Assembly: GCA_964016885.1 (NCBI GenBank)
Contig: OZ024756.1
Location: 36,952,001-37,016,000 of the forward strand
Reading direction: 5' to 3'
From: Eledone cirrhosa
Lineage: Eukaryota
DNA: 64,000 bases
Shown: positions 63,785 through 64,000 of the stretch, one piece after another
Layout: every line of letters starts with the position of its first letter
Position numbering within the stretch: position 1 is the stretch's first letter
Position numbers and translations under genes: made by a program
The notes under the pieces: model-generated
The model's database searches: none
What the model saw: the letters and a program-made list of their open reading frames with translations, nothing else
What the model was told of the DNA's origin: nothing

Positions 63785-63978
63785 GGCGGTGAATTGGCAG
63801 TAATGGTAGAGGGTCGGACGCCATGCTTTGACGCATAGAGTTACGGCCCTTGCCATTCTGAGTTCAAATCTCGCCGAGGTTAACTTTGCCTTTCATCCTT
63901 ACGGAGGTCGATAAAATAAAGTACCAGTAATACACTGGGATAATTGCTGGCCTTTTGCCAAAAGTAGAAACAATTATT
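63785..63978 (+). mobile_element. SINE family 1
   Basis: Full-length copy. Confidence 0.85.
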
Positions 63979-64000
63979 AACATTCGAAAATCTCAGATTA

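Overview
Eukaryotic, microsatellite-saturated genomic DNA with the repeat landscape typical of an octopus (inferred from the SINE and microsatellite content; the species cannot be determined). Three spliced protein-coding genes were reconstructed by hand. (1) A 12-exon plus-strand FAM234-like type II membrane FG-GAP/beta-propeller gene (739-34833, about 1242 aa) with a large low-complexity, furin-site-rich insert in exon 10. (2, 3) Two convergent minus-strand paralogues encoding small secreted prepro-proteins: signal peptide, propeptide ending in a dibasic site, then a two-EF-hand mature domain, with identical intron phases (41709-39637, 156 aa, polyacidic; 51991-48233, 127 aa, C-terminal Gly). 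The non-coding DNA holds many tRNA-derived SINEs, Tx1/L1-like LINE copies tied to (TATC)n, RTE and Penelope remnants, MITEs and several minisatellites. It also holds at least six type I hammerhead-ribozyme folds in short elements inserted in (TA)n tracts. Almost all ORFs in the supplied track are microsatellite artefacts. Repeat boundaries are approximate.
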